This document shows, one piece after another, positions 9,877 through 18,977 of a stretch of DNA of 64,000 nucleotides. The first letter of the stretch is position 1. Each line of letters starts with the position of its first letter. The translations under genes and the position numbers were made by a program. The stretch comes from a virus: positions 13,345 through 77,344 of IMG/VR virus record IMGVR_UViG_3300037852_000415, one strand, 5' to 3'. The notes below the pieces were generated by a model. It was given only the letters and a program-made list of their open reading frames with translations. It made no database searches and was not told the origin of the DNA.

Positions 9877-11013
9877 ATGAGCGCCGACGTCGACAACCTC
9901 GACATGGTCGAAGTCAGGCCCACTATGTCGAAGACGGATGCGCTCTTAGCGTGTGCTTGGAGATGGGGCCGAAAAGCCCCCAGAGACCCCGGGGGCGAGC
10001 CTGCACGCTTCGGCACCGCCTGCCACGAGGTCTACGCCGCCATCGCGAGTAGTTCGCTCGACGGCAAAGAGCTTCGCGCCGCGTGCGTAGCGGCAGCGGA
10101 TAGGCAGAAGGTGGATTGGAAAGAGGTGTACGGCCTCGTCACCGCCAGCTGGCCCGCATTCGAGAAGTGGATGTCTAGAGGCAATCCGTGGAAGAAGGAC
10201 TTCCTCGACGCCGGCATGCTGAAGCTCGAGTACAGCGTCGCCTACGACGTCTTGAAGGGCAAGGCGAGGGAGTGCGAATCGCCCGATGAGGCAACGCACG
10301 AGTACCGCGATTGCGACTTCAACGAGCTCCCCGGCACCGCCGATATCGTCATGTGGCGCCGCAACGAATACCTCGTCGTGCTCGACTACAAGACCGGCGC
10401 CGACGTGCCGGAACCCTCGCAGTCGGGGCAGATGAAGAGCCTCGCTTTGGCGCTGAGCCTCATGTACAAGGCGCCCCTCGTCATCGTCGGCTTGATGCAC
10501 GCGCCCCGAAGCGCTGGCGGGCTCCCATCAGTATATGCCGACACCCTCACCGAGAAAGACTTGAGGGCGCACCGCGCGGCGCTCAAGGATGCGTGGCTCC
10601 GACGCGGCACCTCGATGACGCCGGGGCAGTATTGTCAGTATTGCCCCTGCCTTACGACGTGCCCCACGCAAAGCAGCATGCTCGTTGAGTTGAAACGCGG
10701 AAGTCAGGGATTGGCGCTTACCCCCGAGCGTGTCGGCGCCATCCACATGGCGCTCGCGCAGTACGACGCTCTGAAGGAGCAGCTACAAGCGCAGCTGAAA
10801 AGCTGGGTAGTGAAGAACGGCCCCGCGCCTCGCCCCGACGGCAAGCTCCTCGACATCGTCGAGCGGCAGTACGAGACGCTCTCAAAAAGCTCCGTGACTA
10901 AGGCGCTAGGCGAAGTCGAAGGCGCGAAGGAACTAGAGCGCCTACGCAAAAAAGGGTGCCTCGTCACCAGCACGCGCGAGGAGCTGCGTGCCGAAGCGGA
11001 GAAGATGCGGTAA
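9877..11013 (+). CDS. Cas4/RecB-like PD-(D/E)xK exonuclease (DUF2800-like)
   Basis: GTACH, GTAD, LDYKTG, C-terminal CQYCPCLTTCP; start moved to ATG 9877. Confidence 0.85.
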   Translation: MSADVDNLDMVEVRPTMSKTDALLACAWRWGRKAPRDPGGEPARFGTACHEVYAAIASSSLDGKELRAACVAAADRQKVDWKEVYGLVTASWPAFEKWMSRGNPWKKDFLDAGMLKLEYSVAYDVLKGKARECESPDEATHEYRDCDFNELPGTADIVMWRRNEYLVVLDYKTGADVPEPSQSGQMKSLALALSLMYKAPLVIVGLMHAPRSAGGLPSVYADTLTEKDLRAHRAALKDAWLRRGTSMTPGQYCQYCPCLTTCPTQSSMLVELKRGSQGLALTPERVGAIHMALAQYDALKEQLQAQLKSWVVKNGPAPRPDGKLLDIVERQYETLSKSSVTKALGEVEGAKELERLRKKGCLVTSTREELRAEAEKMR

Positions 11014-11022
11014 GGTACAGCT

Positions 11023-11361
11023 ATGAGGTGCCTCGCAGTCGCGCTGTTTCTCGTGGGCTGCGGCGCGTCGTACGAACTGCCAACTACCGATGCCGGCGCC
11101 GTCGCGGGGGCTGAGGCCGCCCCGTGGGCGACGGGTGACGCTGCATCGAAGCCGCCCCCGAACTACGGCGGTGGCGCTAACGAGAGAACCGCGTGCGGCT
11201 CCCAGGGATGCCCCCCACTGGCGCCGCACCAGGGTGTGCTCTCCCCGACAGACCCCGGTGACGAAGATAGCGCTGAAGGCGCGTACCCGTGCAGCCAGGA
11301 CATGTACCAGCCGAATTGCGGATGGTCTCCTCCGCAGACCGTCCCAACTGAGTCTAAGTAG
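11023..11361 (+). CDS. putative lipoprotein
   Basis: LFLVGC lipobox; P/G/C-rich mature part. Confidence 0.55.
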   Translation: MRCLAVALFLVGCGASYELPTTDAGAVAGAEAAPWATGDAASKPPPNYGGGANERTACGSQGCPPLAPHQGVLSPTDPGDEDSAEGAYPCSQDMYQPNCGWSPPQTVPTESK

Positions 11362-11408
11362 TCGTCGGCGGTTGCGGCCATAATGGCTGAGGCTTAGCTT
11401 GCATCGTA

Positions 11409-11951
11409 ATGACAGCACGTCGTGCAGTGCGGGCGGCGTTCGGGGCAATGTGGATAGTACTCATAGGCGCCATCCTGCTGCTCTCGTGCGGCGCCTGCGC
11501 TGCGCAGAGGTACTACATCACGTCGGCTAGCTACCACACGTTTGGTTACAGCATCGACGGGGCCTTCTCGGCGAGCGAGGTTGCCGACATCGACTCCGGC
11601 GTCAAGGCGTGGGTAGAAGCCTCACACGGGCATCTCGAGATGCACGAAGACCTCGCGATCTACTCCTACTTCCACTTCATGAAGCGCGCCGAGGGCACGA
11701 TGGGGCGCTCCAAAGACGACAGCCGTGTAATCGTAGGTGAGTATCACTACGACACGGGCATCGTCAACGTTGTGCCGGGGCCCAGGACGCGTGCTATCGT
11801 CATCCACGAACTTGGTCACGCGTGGCGGTTAGACCACAACGATTGGGACAGAGACAGCTTCATGCAGAGCGATATCACCAACGTCAGCGCCCCGTTCGGG
11901 CCGGTCATGGAGGTAGACATCAAAGTCGCCTGCGGGGTGCTTGGATGCTGA
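11409..11951 (+). CDS. secreted metzincin (matrixin/M10-like) metalloprotease
   Basis: HELGHAWRLDH (HExxHxxxxxH) plus Met-turn SFMQ; N-terminal signal/lipobox. Confidence 0.8.
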   Translation: MTARRAVRAAFGAMWIVLIGAILLLSCGACAAQRYYITSASYHTFGYSIDGAFSASEVADIDSGVKAWVEASHGHLEMHEDLAIYSYFHFMKRAEGTMGRSKDDSRVIVGEYHYDTGIVNVVPGPRTRAIVIHELGHAWRLDHNDWDRDSFMQSDITNVSAPFGPVMEVDIKVACGVLGC

Positions 11952-12558
11952 AGCCCCCCACTGACTTTCAGCGGCACTTCGTCGCGCGGGGGCGATGGTT
12001 TACTGCGTGCGCCTACGACGCCGGCACCTGCTGGGAGTACTACGCCAGCGAAGACGTAAAGCGCGGTACCTCGGGGGGCATCGTCGTCGGGCCCGTTACG
12101 AGTTTCGCTGCGCTTGTCGAAGCCGCCTCGGAAAGGTTGAAGCAACTCGATGGCTGACAACGCGCGCGCTCTCGACGTCTTGAAGCAGCTCGTAGCGGCT
12201 CTCGCAGACGTCGAGCGGTGCCGCTTCTGCTGCGTCGCTGCCGACGAGGATTGCCACAAGGATGCCTTCGATGCCGCCGTCAGGCGCGCGAAGGCGTTTC
12301 TGAAGAAGGAGCGCGAGGAGGCGCTGATGAAACCCTCATGATGCTCAAGTGGATTGTACTCGGCTACATGCTCCCCGGATGTCTCCTCATAGCAGGGCAC
12401 GCAAAGCAGTGGCTGCGCGAGCTAGACGCCTGCATCGAAAAGTACGGGCGCTGGCCGGTGCTGCTCGCGCTCCCGTTCGATCTGCTGATTGACGTACTGC
12501 TCTGGCCCCGGGCTGCCTGGAAGCTCTGGTGCCTACGGCGCGTCGGCGGGAAGCTTCC

Positions 12559-13002
12559 GTGAGCCCCGCCTTTATCACGCTCCTCATGATGGCGCTCGGC
12601 GTCGACAAGGTCGGCTACGCCTCCAGCTTCGCCGCGGCGATTGCGCGAGTCGCAAGCGAAGACGCGCCGCCCTCAGGCTACAACCGCGAAGAGGGCGCCG
12701 CGATGCTAGTAGTTAGCCTCTACGAAGAGGGCCGCTTCTGCATCGGCGCTTCGTGTGGCAGGGGCGACAAGGGGAAGTCAGTGTGCAGCGGGCAGGTGAG
12801 GGCTTTCAACGAGGCGCATGCGCGACAACTCGAGCTGTCGCCGCTAGCGTGCGCTCGAGGCGCCTACGCCATCATCAGAGGAGGGGCTGCTATCTGCCCC
12901 GATGCGCCCTTGGCGCCGTACTGTGGGGGCTGCAACGCGCACCCAGCAAGGGAGATGGCGGAGCGCCGATGGCGTAAGGCTGAGTGGCTTTTTGCCAACT
13001 AG
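12559..13002 (+). CDS. lysozyme/lytic-transglycosylase-like protein
   Basis: LVVSLYEEGRF...GDKGKSVCSGQV resembles the E(S)..F / GD.G.S...Q pattern of SLT-like folds. Confidence 0.5.
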   Translation: MSPAFITLLMMALGVDKVGYASSFAAAIARVASEDAPPSGYNREEGAAMLVVSLYEEGRFCIGASCGRGDKGKSVCSGQVRAFNEAHARQLELSPLACARGAYAIIRGGAAICPDAPLAPYCGGCNAHPAREMAERRWRKAEWLFAN

Positions 13003-13022
13003 TGGCGTAAGATAACCCACGC

Positions 13023-13382
13023 ATGGCCGACTTCCTCCCCGACAGTCGCAGCCGACGGCGCACCGGCGCCGTTAGAAGCTCAACCGGTACGCAAGTGCCC
13101 GTCTACTGCGCCAACTGCGGGCGCGAATGGGGCTTCGTGCCGGAGGACGCTATTACTTTCGCCTTCGCGCTCTGTAACGAGTGCGCTGAAAAGCACGGTG
13201 ACATCGCGCACACCTACAGCGAGCCGGATAGCGTTTTCTGGGAGCGGATTGCGAATGCGCAGCTCGAAGAGGCGGGGCGCGCTTTCACCCCCCTCGAGTT
13301 GGTGCTCGCCGTCGAAGATACATCGAGCCCGCTAGCAAAGCTTGCAAATGAGTGGGCCGCCTACGTGAGAAGGAGCAGCTAG
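13023..13382 (+). CDS. Zn-ribbon protein
   Basis: CANC and CNEC pairs. Confidence 0.6.
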   Translation: MADFLPDSRSRRRTGAVRSSTGTQVPVYCANCGREWGFVPEDAITFAFALCNECAEKHGDIAHTYSEPDSVFWERIANAQLEEAGRAFTPLELVLAVEDTSSPLAKLANEWAAYVRRSS

Positions 13383-13384
13383 AG

Positions 13385-13621
13385 ATGTCTACGGCAGCCA
13401 AAGCAGACACCCCCAAGTGCGACGTGCCGGGGTGCGGGCGCTACGCCTCATTCTGTACCGACGGCACTGAGAAGGACATCGCCGTACGCGGCGGTGAGCC
13501 GTTGAATCGTAAGCCGCTCGTCAACATCAACGTGTGCGCAGCGCACTCGAATTGGCCGTTCTCCGACGATGCCAAGACGTGGGTTGCCGCCAACGCAGCC
13601 ATCTACGAGAAGAGGAAGTAA
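13385..13621 (+). CDS. small Cys/His protein
   Basis: CDVPGC...C..H; AGGAG upstream, ATG 13385. Confidence 0.5.
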   Translation: MSTAAKADTPKCDVPGCGRYASFCTDGTEKDIAVRGGEPLNRKPLVNINVCAAHSNWPFSDDAKTWVAANAAIYEKRK

Positions 13622-13625
13622 GCCG

Positions 13626-14108
13626 ATGCCGCTCTTTTACACCGACGTCCCGGGCGCTACGCAGACGACCAACGCCGCCCCCAATACGCCCAACGACTGC
13701 TTCTTCATCGCCCCCGGCGCGACGCGCACGGTGTGGCTCAACGCCATCTACCCCACAGGCCGCGGCGCAACGCTCACCTCCATCAGCGGTATCAGCTACC
13801 GCCTCGAGAAGTGGACGACGACGGCATCAAGCGGCGGCACCGCGATTACGCCCTCCCCGAACGACCCGGGGTACCAGGCTGCGAAGCACGCCGCCGGCTT
13901 CAGCGCCGCCACCGTCACCAGCGGCACCGGCGGGCCGACGCTGATGCTCTCTATCGGCAGCGGCACCACCTCACCTGGTAACTGGATTGCACCCACGCCC
14001 GACCAGGGGTACTCACTGCAGGCGGCGGCGACGCAGAGCCTCGACATCTTCAACGTCGCCGGTGCGGCGTCGCTCGTCTTCGAGATGAGCGTCGGCACTT
14101 GGGAGTAA
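13626..14108 (+). CDS. beta-sandwich virion/appendage protein
   Basis: T/A/G-rich, GGTAITPSPNDP; start at ATG 13626. Confidence 0.55.
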   Translation: MPLFYTDVPGATQTTNAAPNTPNDCFFIAPGATRTVWLNAIYPTGRGATLTSISGISYRLEKWTTTASSGGTAITPSPNDPGYQAAKHAAGFSAATVTSGTGGPTLMLSIGSGTTSPGNWIAPTPDQGYSLQAAATQSLDIFNVAGAASLVFEMSVGTWE

Positions 14109-14112
14109 GCGC

Positions 14113-14400
14113 ATGAACCAGCCGACGGCTAATTACGCATTCGATTTCATCTACGATGGCGCGTCCGCCACAGTCGTAATAGATCTGCGCAAAGGGCCGG
14201 GGGTTTTCTCGCTCCCTAGCTTTACAGGCGCGCTGCCCCCAATGTTCTTCTCGCAGAACCCGATCAGCGTAGATAGAGCAGCCGTAAGCGACGTACCCAC
14301 TACAGCATCTGTCGCTGGCGAGCTGTTGACCGTCGATATCCCCGCGGGTACGTCGGCTGGGCTAAACTACGCTACGGTATTTCTCTATTACACCTTCTAG
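14113..14400 (+). CDS. hypothetical beta-rich protein
   Basis: GGAG RBS, operon context. Confidence 0.5.
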   Translation: MNQPTANYAFDFIYDGASATVVIDLRKGPGVFSLPSFTGALPPMFFSQNPISVDRAAVSDVPTTASVAGELLTVDIPAGTSAGLNYATVFLYYTF

Positions 14401-14409
14401 GCACGAACC

Positions 14410-14766
14410 ATGTCGGACGGTACTCTACTCAATCCAGTACAAGCTACAGGCGGCGACCTCGTCAGTGACGAAGACATGACGGGGCAGGTGCGTCTATCTT
14501 CGTTGGTGCCGCAACTCGGCGCCGTCAACGCCTCCTACAAGATCGAGCGTACTAAGATCGCCATCGGCGATTACGACACCGACCGCGGCGACATCTCGAG
14601 CGACGGCGGGCGCCCGCTGCCGGTGGAGACCTTCGTCGAGCGTCGACTTCAAGAAGAGCAGTACCTCCGCGCCACCGAGGCCCAATACGCCAAGTTGACG
14701 CGGCGTACTAGCGAGCGCCCGCCTACGCTGTTCTTCAGCCGCACTGGGCGCGAGGGGAGAATCTAA
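14410..14766 (+). CDS. hypothetical protein
   Basis: TAATG overlap with the next gene. Confidence 0.55.
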   Translation: MSDGTLLNPVQATGGDLVSDEDMTGQVRLSSLVPQLGAVNASYKIERTKIAIGDYDTDRGDISSDGGRPLPVETFVERRLQEEQYLRATEAQYAKLTRRTSERPPTLFFSRTGREGRI

Positions 14767-15419
14767 TGCTATTCGAAGCCATCGTCCGAAGATTCCCGGC
14801 GCTGAAGACGCTCAGCGAGGCGACAGTCGGCGGGCGTCTTACTGGTCTACTCAGCCTAGCCGTTGCTCAAGTCGAAGACGAGTTCACCGAGATGACTCGT
14901 GCCGGTAGGCGCTTCAACGGCATCTTCGGGACTGTGGGTATCCAGTCGGTACAGGCAGTACCAACCACCGCTGCGGCGTGGGCTCTGTTCAACGCAGATA
15001 AGAATCGATCATATGTCATTGACTCCGTGACAACGTTTTTTCTGTCGGGCACTGCCGGTATCGGCGGTACGTTGGTGGGTATAGTGTCGCCCATCACCTC
15101 CACGATACCGGCAGCAGCCGCAACAGCGACGGTCGGTAACTGTAGCGCCAGCGGGTTGGTCAGTAAAGCTGCCCTCGCCGTCAACTACACACTCCCCACA
15201 CCGTCTGGAATGATTCAGTGGGGCATTCTGCCGGGCTTCCAAGGGCAGACCACAGGTGTTGCGCCAGGGTTAGGGGGCGCCTACAGTGCCGACGTGCGCG
15301 GGCGTCTGATCATTCCGCCCGGAGATGTATTGGGGCTATCGCTCATCACCGTGGCCGGTACTACGCCGCTGTTCATCATGGGCGTCGCTTGGCACGAAGT
15401 AGAGCTAGATCTCGAGTAG
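14766..15419 (+). CDS. beta-sandwich virion/appendage protein
   Basis: LFN...SYVIDSV, LIIPPGDVLGL, C-terminal WHE. Confidence 0.55.
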   Translation: MLFEAIVRRFPALKTLSEATVGGRLTGLLSLAVAQVEDEFTEMTRAGRRFNGIFGTVGIQSVQAVPTTAAAWALFNADKNRSYVIDSVTTFFLSGTAGIGGTLVGIVSPITSTIPAAAATATVGNCSASGLVSKAALAVNYTLPTPSGMIQWGILPGFQGQTTGVAPGLGGAYSADVRGRLIIPPGDVLGLSLITVAGTTPLFIMGVAWHEVELDLE

Positions 15420-15430
15420 TCTGAGGCGCC

Positions 15431-17821
15431 GTGCGCCTAGCTCTCATAGCCGGCATCGCCGCGGCTCTCGAAGAGCCCGGCATAAGCCAACAGCCGATAG
15501 CGCCCGACGTAGCCGTTGTCGTAGCGTCTGTCGGCGAAGACTTCGCCGGCTCGCTGGCCGCAGATGAAGCTCCCGGCGTCGTCGCTGTCGTCGTTGACAT
15601 CGCGGCTGCTTACGCAACCGTACCGGAAGACTTCGCCGGCTCTCTACCTCGTGAAGAGCCCCCTGGCGCAACGGCGACAGTCGCCCCCGACGTACCGTCC
15701 GCGCCCACCGCGCCGGAGGACTTCGCCGGAAGCCTTCCCCTCGAAGAGCCGCCAAGCATCGCAGCACCGGCGAGCGCCGATGTCTCTTTCTTCAGCGTAC
15801 CGCAGGCGCCCGAAGACTTCGCCGGCTCCTTGCCGCTCGAGGAGAACGGGTTCATCTCGCTGCCGCCGGCTGTCGACATCTTCGGCGCCCCGCCGCCGCA
15901 GCAAGAAGACTTCGTTGCGCCTGTTGCTGCCCTCGTCGCCGAAGACGTCTTCGCCGTCGCGCCAGCATCGCTCGACGTCGCATCGCCGCAACCGCCACAA
16001 GCTGAAGACTTCCCCGGCGCTGCCACGGGGCTCGAGGAGAATGCCTTCGTCGCTTTCACACCGGCTGTCGACATCTGGCTTACACCCTCTATCGATGAAG
16101 GCTTCTGGGGCGCGTACTCTTCTGAAGAGAACGGCTTCGTCTCGCCGCCTATCGGCGTGCAGCTCGACTTCACCATTGTCACGCCGTCTGTCGACGAGGG
16201 CTTCTGGGGCGCCTATTCGAGCGAAGAGCCCGCCGCGGCTACGGCAATCGTCGTAGACGTCATCGTTGTCACGCCGAGCGGCGGCGAAGACTTCGGCGGC
16301 GCGCATCCGACAGAGGAGACGTCGCCGCTTCAAACAACTATCGCAGACATCTGGTATCCGCAAGCGCCTGTCGCTGAAGACTTCGCGGGCAGTCTGCCGC
16401 TCGAGGAGTTGGGGAGTACGGCAATAGGCGCTGCCCCCGACGCGCCCACCGCCCTCAGCGCAGCGTCTGAAGAATTCGGTGGGGCGCACCCAACAGAAGA
16501 GCAGCCCGGTGCCGCCGCGCAAGTCGACTTCGTCTTCTTCGCTTCGCTACCGGCGCAGCGAGAAGACTTCGCCGGCAGCGCGGTGTTCGGGGGCGAAGAG
16601 ACCTCTACCCCCGCCATCGCGCCCTTCATCGACATTCTTCCCGCGCTCCCGACGATGTCGGAGGAGGTCTTTGCCGGAAGCGCGCCCTTCGGGGGCGAAG
16701 AGACTTCTACGCCTGCGATTGCGCCTTTCGTCGCCGACGCTCAACTGCCCGCGGCGCCCAGCGCCGAGGAGTTCGGCGGCGCTCACCCCACTGAGGAGCA
16801 GCCCGGCGCAGTAGTGATAGTAGACATCTTGCCGCTACTGCAAGCGGCACCGCAACAGGAGGACTTCGCCGGAAGCCTTCCGTTTGAGGAGGCTACGTCG
16901 ATACCGCCGCTCTCTGTAGAGGCGCCTTGGCTCGGTATCGCCGTAGGCGTTAGTGAAGACTTTGCGGGAAGCTTGCCGCAAGAGGAATCGACTAGCCCCA
17001 CTGTCACCTACGTGCTTCTCGAGCCCCAATCGTCGCTAGCTGCGCCAGAAGACTTCGCCGGAAGCGCGCCTATCGAAGAGGTACACGGCGAACCTAACGC
17101 TCCTCTTTTCATTCAGCGCGTCGTACCCCCGTGGTTGACAATCAGCACCCCCGAGGAATCGCCGCCAACTCCGGTGACGCCCCCGACACCACCGTACGTG
17201 CCGGTGTACGTGCCGCCCGTGCCCCAAACAGGCGGAGGCGGGGGCGCTGGGGCGCTCGGCTTCGGGCCCCCGGCGGTGCCCGTAGCGCCGCAGTGTGACT
17301 ACGCTCTCTTGCACGATCCGAATGCCGCCGAAGTGAAGGCGATTGCCGCAGGCGTCGTTGAACACTTCTTTGATCCCAAAGGGGGCTTCTCGCTCGTCAT
17401 CACCGCAGACGACGGTACGCGCTACTTCTATGCGAAGCTCGGGTGCTACGTCGGGAAGTCGGGGCGGCGCGTGAAACCCGGTGAAGTCGTCGCCAAGATG
17501 AAAGGGCCGGCAGTGCCTACAGTGCAGCTGCCCCCCAAGCCGGCGGTCGGTTTGGAAGCTTTAGCGCTGCCTGAGGCGCCGAAGCCTACGGTGGTGGTGC
17601 CTATCTACGTAGCCCCCGCGCCTGCGCCTGCGCCTGTGCCCGCACCGATTCCGGCTCCTATGCCGCCTGCGCCATTGGCGAAGCCGCAGAGTATCGTGCC
17701 GGCGCTCATCATCACGGGGCTCGTGGCGACGGGCCTCGTGCTCGTAGTCGCGCTTGTACTCGACGACAAGCCTAAGCGTAAACGCGGCAAGAAGAAGCGA
17801 AGGCGCAGGCTAAGGCGTTAG
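15431..17821 (+). CDS. acidic repeat protein with inactive M23-like domain, C-terminal TM and poly-basic tail
   Basis: 17 EDFAGxxxxEE-type repeats; AIAAGVV..GG..LVI..DG.RYFYAKL..GRRVKPGEVVA; TM then KPKRKRGKKKRRRRLRR. Confidence 0.8.
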   Translation: MRLALIAGIAAALEEPGISQQPIAPDVAVVVASVGEDFAGSLAADEAPGVVAVVVDIAAAYATVPEDFAGSLPREEPPGATATVAPDVPSAPTAPEDFAGSLPLEEPPSIAAPASADVSFFSVPQAPEDFAGSLPLEENGFISLPPAVDIFGAPPPQQEDFVAPVAALVAEDVFAVAPASLDVASPQPPQAEDFPGAATGLEENAFVAFTPAVDIWLTPSIDEGFWGAYSSEENGFVSPPIGVQLDFTIVTPSVDEGFWGAYSSEEPAAATAIVVDVIVVTPSGGEDFGGAHPTEETSPLQTTIADIWYPQAPVAEDFAGSLPLEELGSTAIGAAPDAPTALSAASEEFGGAHPTEEQPGAAAQVDFVFFASLPAQREDFAGSAVFGGEETSTPAIAPFIDILPALPTMSEEVFAGSAPFGGEETSTPAIAPFVADAQLPAAPSAEEFGGAHPTEEQPGAVVIVDILPLLQAAPQQEDFAGSLPFEEATSIPPLSVEAPWLGIAVGVSEDFAGSLPQEESTSPTVTYVLLEPQSSLAAPEDFAGSAPIEEVHGEPNAPLFIQRVVPPWLTISTPEESPPTPVTPPTPPYVPVYVPPVPQTGGGGGAGALGFGPPAVPVAPQCDYALLHDPNAAEVKAIAAGVVEHFFDPKGGFSLVITADDGTRYFYAKLGCYVGKSGRRVKPGEVVAKMKGPAVPTVQLPPKPAVGLEALALPEAPKPTVVVPIYVAPAPAPAPVPAPIPAPMPPAPLAKPQSIVPALIITGLVATGLVLVVALVLDDKPKRKRGKKKRRRRLRR
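15536..17080 (+). repeat. 17 imperfect coding repeats, about 31 aa period
   Basis: Recurrent GAAGACTTCGCCGG-type cores encoding EDFAG/EEFGG/EGFWG...EE. Confidence 0.9.
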
Positions 17822-17923
17822 GTAGTGCCCCAGCGCCCACGTGCCGTACGCGACTGCGGCGACAGCGAGCGCGAAGAGCAGGAGCTCGATGCTGATATGC
17901 AGCTTCGGCGACGAGGGCTTCAC
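17810..17923 (-). CDS. 37-aa membrane peptide (below ORF-track cutoff)
   Basis: MKPSSPKLHISIELLLFALAVAAVAYGTWALGHYLTP; TAGTG overlap with the upstream gene. Confidence 0.45.
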   Translation of the reverse strand: MKPSSPKLHISIELLLFALAVAAVAYGTWALGHYLTP

Positions 17924-18474
17924 TAGATTGCGCCGTAGAGCAACGTATGGAGTGTGCCGGCAGTCGATTGAATCAGCCCGCTACCGACGCCGCCGGGCGC
18001 CGTGTTGCCCGGAATAGACGATACGTACATCGACACGACCTGGCTGAGCGAGTCGGTAATCTGCTCGGAGCCGTTGGCAATCCACACGACCCAGAACGGA
18101 GCATCTGCGGGAGGAACGGGAAATCCCATCGAGGCGGGCAGCGCGGGGCCGGCCTGACCGTTGGTGATAAGCCCCGCCAGCGCGGTGGCCTGCGCCTGCG
18201 TCTGCACCTCGGCGATGTACATATACCCGGCTTGCGTCGAGTGGTAGGTGCCGGAGGCGTCGGGAGTCACCTTGGTCCACGTGAGGCCCGGGAATGGATT
18301 GGGGGGCGGGGGCTGAGGAGTCGGAGGCGGAGGCGTAGGAGGTGTCGGCGCCGGATTGGGGCTCGGCGTCGAGCCCTTCGAGCCCCCGGCGAGCGCGACG
18401 CCGCCAATCAGCGCCGCTGCCGCCGCGAGCCCGCCGGCAACCCACCACACACGCGGATCTGTCTTCTTCGCCAT
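17923..18474 (-). CDS. N-terminally anchored membrane protein with Pro-rich stalk
   Basis: MAKK..WWVAGGLAAAAALIGGVALA, then poly-Pro; AGGAGG RBS. Confidence 0.7.
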   Translation of the reverse strand: MAKKTDPRVWWVAGGLAAAAALIGGVALAGGSKGSTPSPNPAPTPPTPPPPTPQPPPPNPFPGLTWTKVTPDASGTYHSTQAGYMYIAEVQTQAQATALAGLITNGQAGPALPASMGFPVPPADAPFWVVWIANGSEQITDSLSQVVSMYVSSIPGNTAPGGVGSGLIQSTAGTLHTLLYGAI

Positions 18475-18488
18475 CGTCTTCTAGCCTC

Positions 18489-18929
18489 CTAGGCCTTTTG
18501 CGTAATCCACCACGCAGCCGCGAGCGATGCGGCTACGATTGTCATTGCGACGAGCACGCCGCCGGCTGTCGGCTTCTGCAATCCAATTCCTGGTACCGCC
18601 GCCGGCCCGTAAGGGCGTAGGTACTGGGTGTAGGCGCCGGAGTTGAACGTGCTCCAGGGAGCCCAGTTTCGCCCCCCGCTGCTGATGGCGAGTGCCGCCA
18701 GCGCGTTGTACGCCGGGTCGAAGAGGGAAGCCCTGTTGTACGAGGGGTGCGCCTTCAAGTTCACCTGCCAGAGGCCGATGCTGCCCCCCGGCGTAATCTG
18801 TAGGTCGCCGACGGCGTTGGGGTTGCCCCCAGACTCCGCCATCGCCACCGCCGCCGCTGTCGGCACGGCGCTCACCGGGAATCCCGCCGCCGCCGCGATG
18901 CCCTGTAGCTGTGCAATACTGAACGCCAC
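18489..18929 (-). CDS. membrane-anchored lytic transglycosylase (SLT-like)
   Basis: AMAESGGNPNA, GLWQVN, LFDPAYNA, WAPWST; C-terminal TM; probable GTG start at 18929. Confidence 0.85.
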   Translation of the reverse strand: MAFSIAQLQGIAAAAGFPVSAVPTAAAVAMAESGGNPNAVGDLQITPGGSIGLWQVNLKAHPSYNRASLFDPAYNALAALAISSGGRNWAPWSTFNSGAYTQYLRPYGPAAVPGIGLQKPTAGGVLVAMTIVAASLAAAWWITQKA

Positions 18930-18977
18930 GGCTTTCGACAGATTAGCATGTAGCGTCGCGGTGGTATACTGAGCCTC

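Noticed and set aside
9877-11013. CRISPR-Cas system (Cas4)
   Set aside because: Stand-alone phage exonuclease; no array or other cas genes.
15536-17080. CRISPR array or multi-core RiPP precursor
   Set aside because: The repeats are conserved at protein level with synonymous variation inside one ORF; there is no cas operon or RiPP maturase, and the protein is membrane-anchored.
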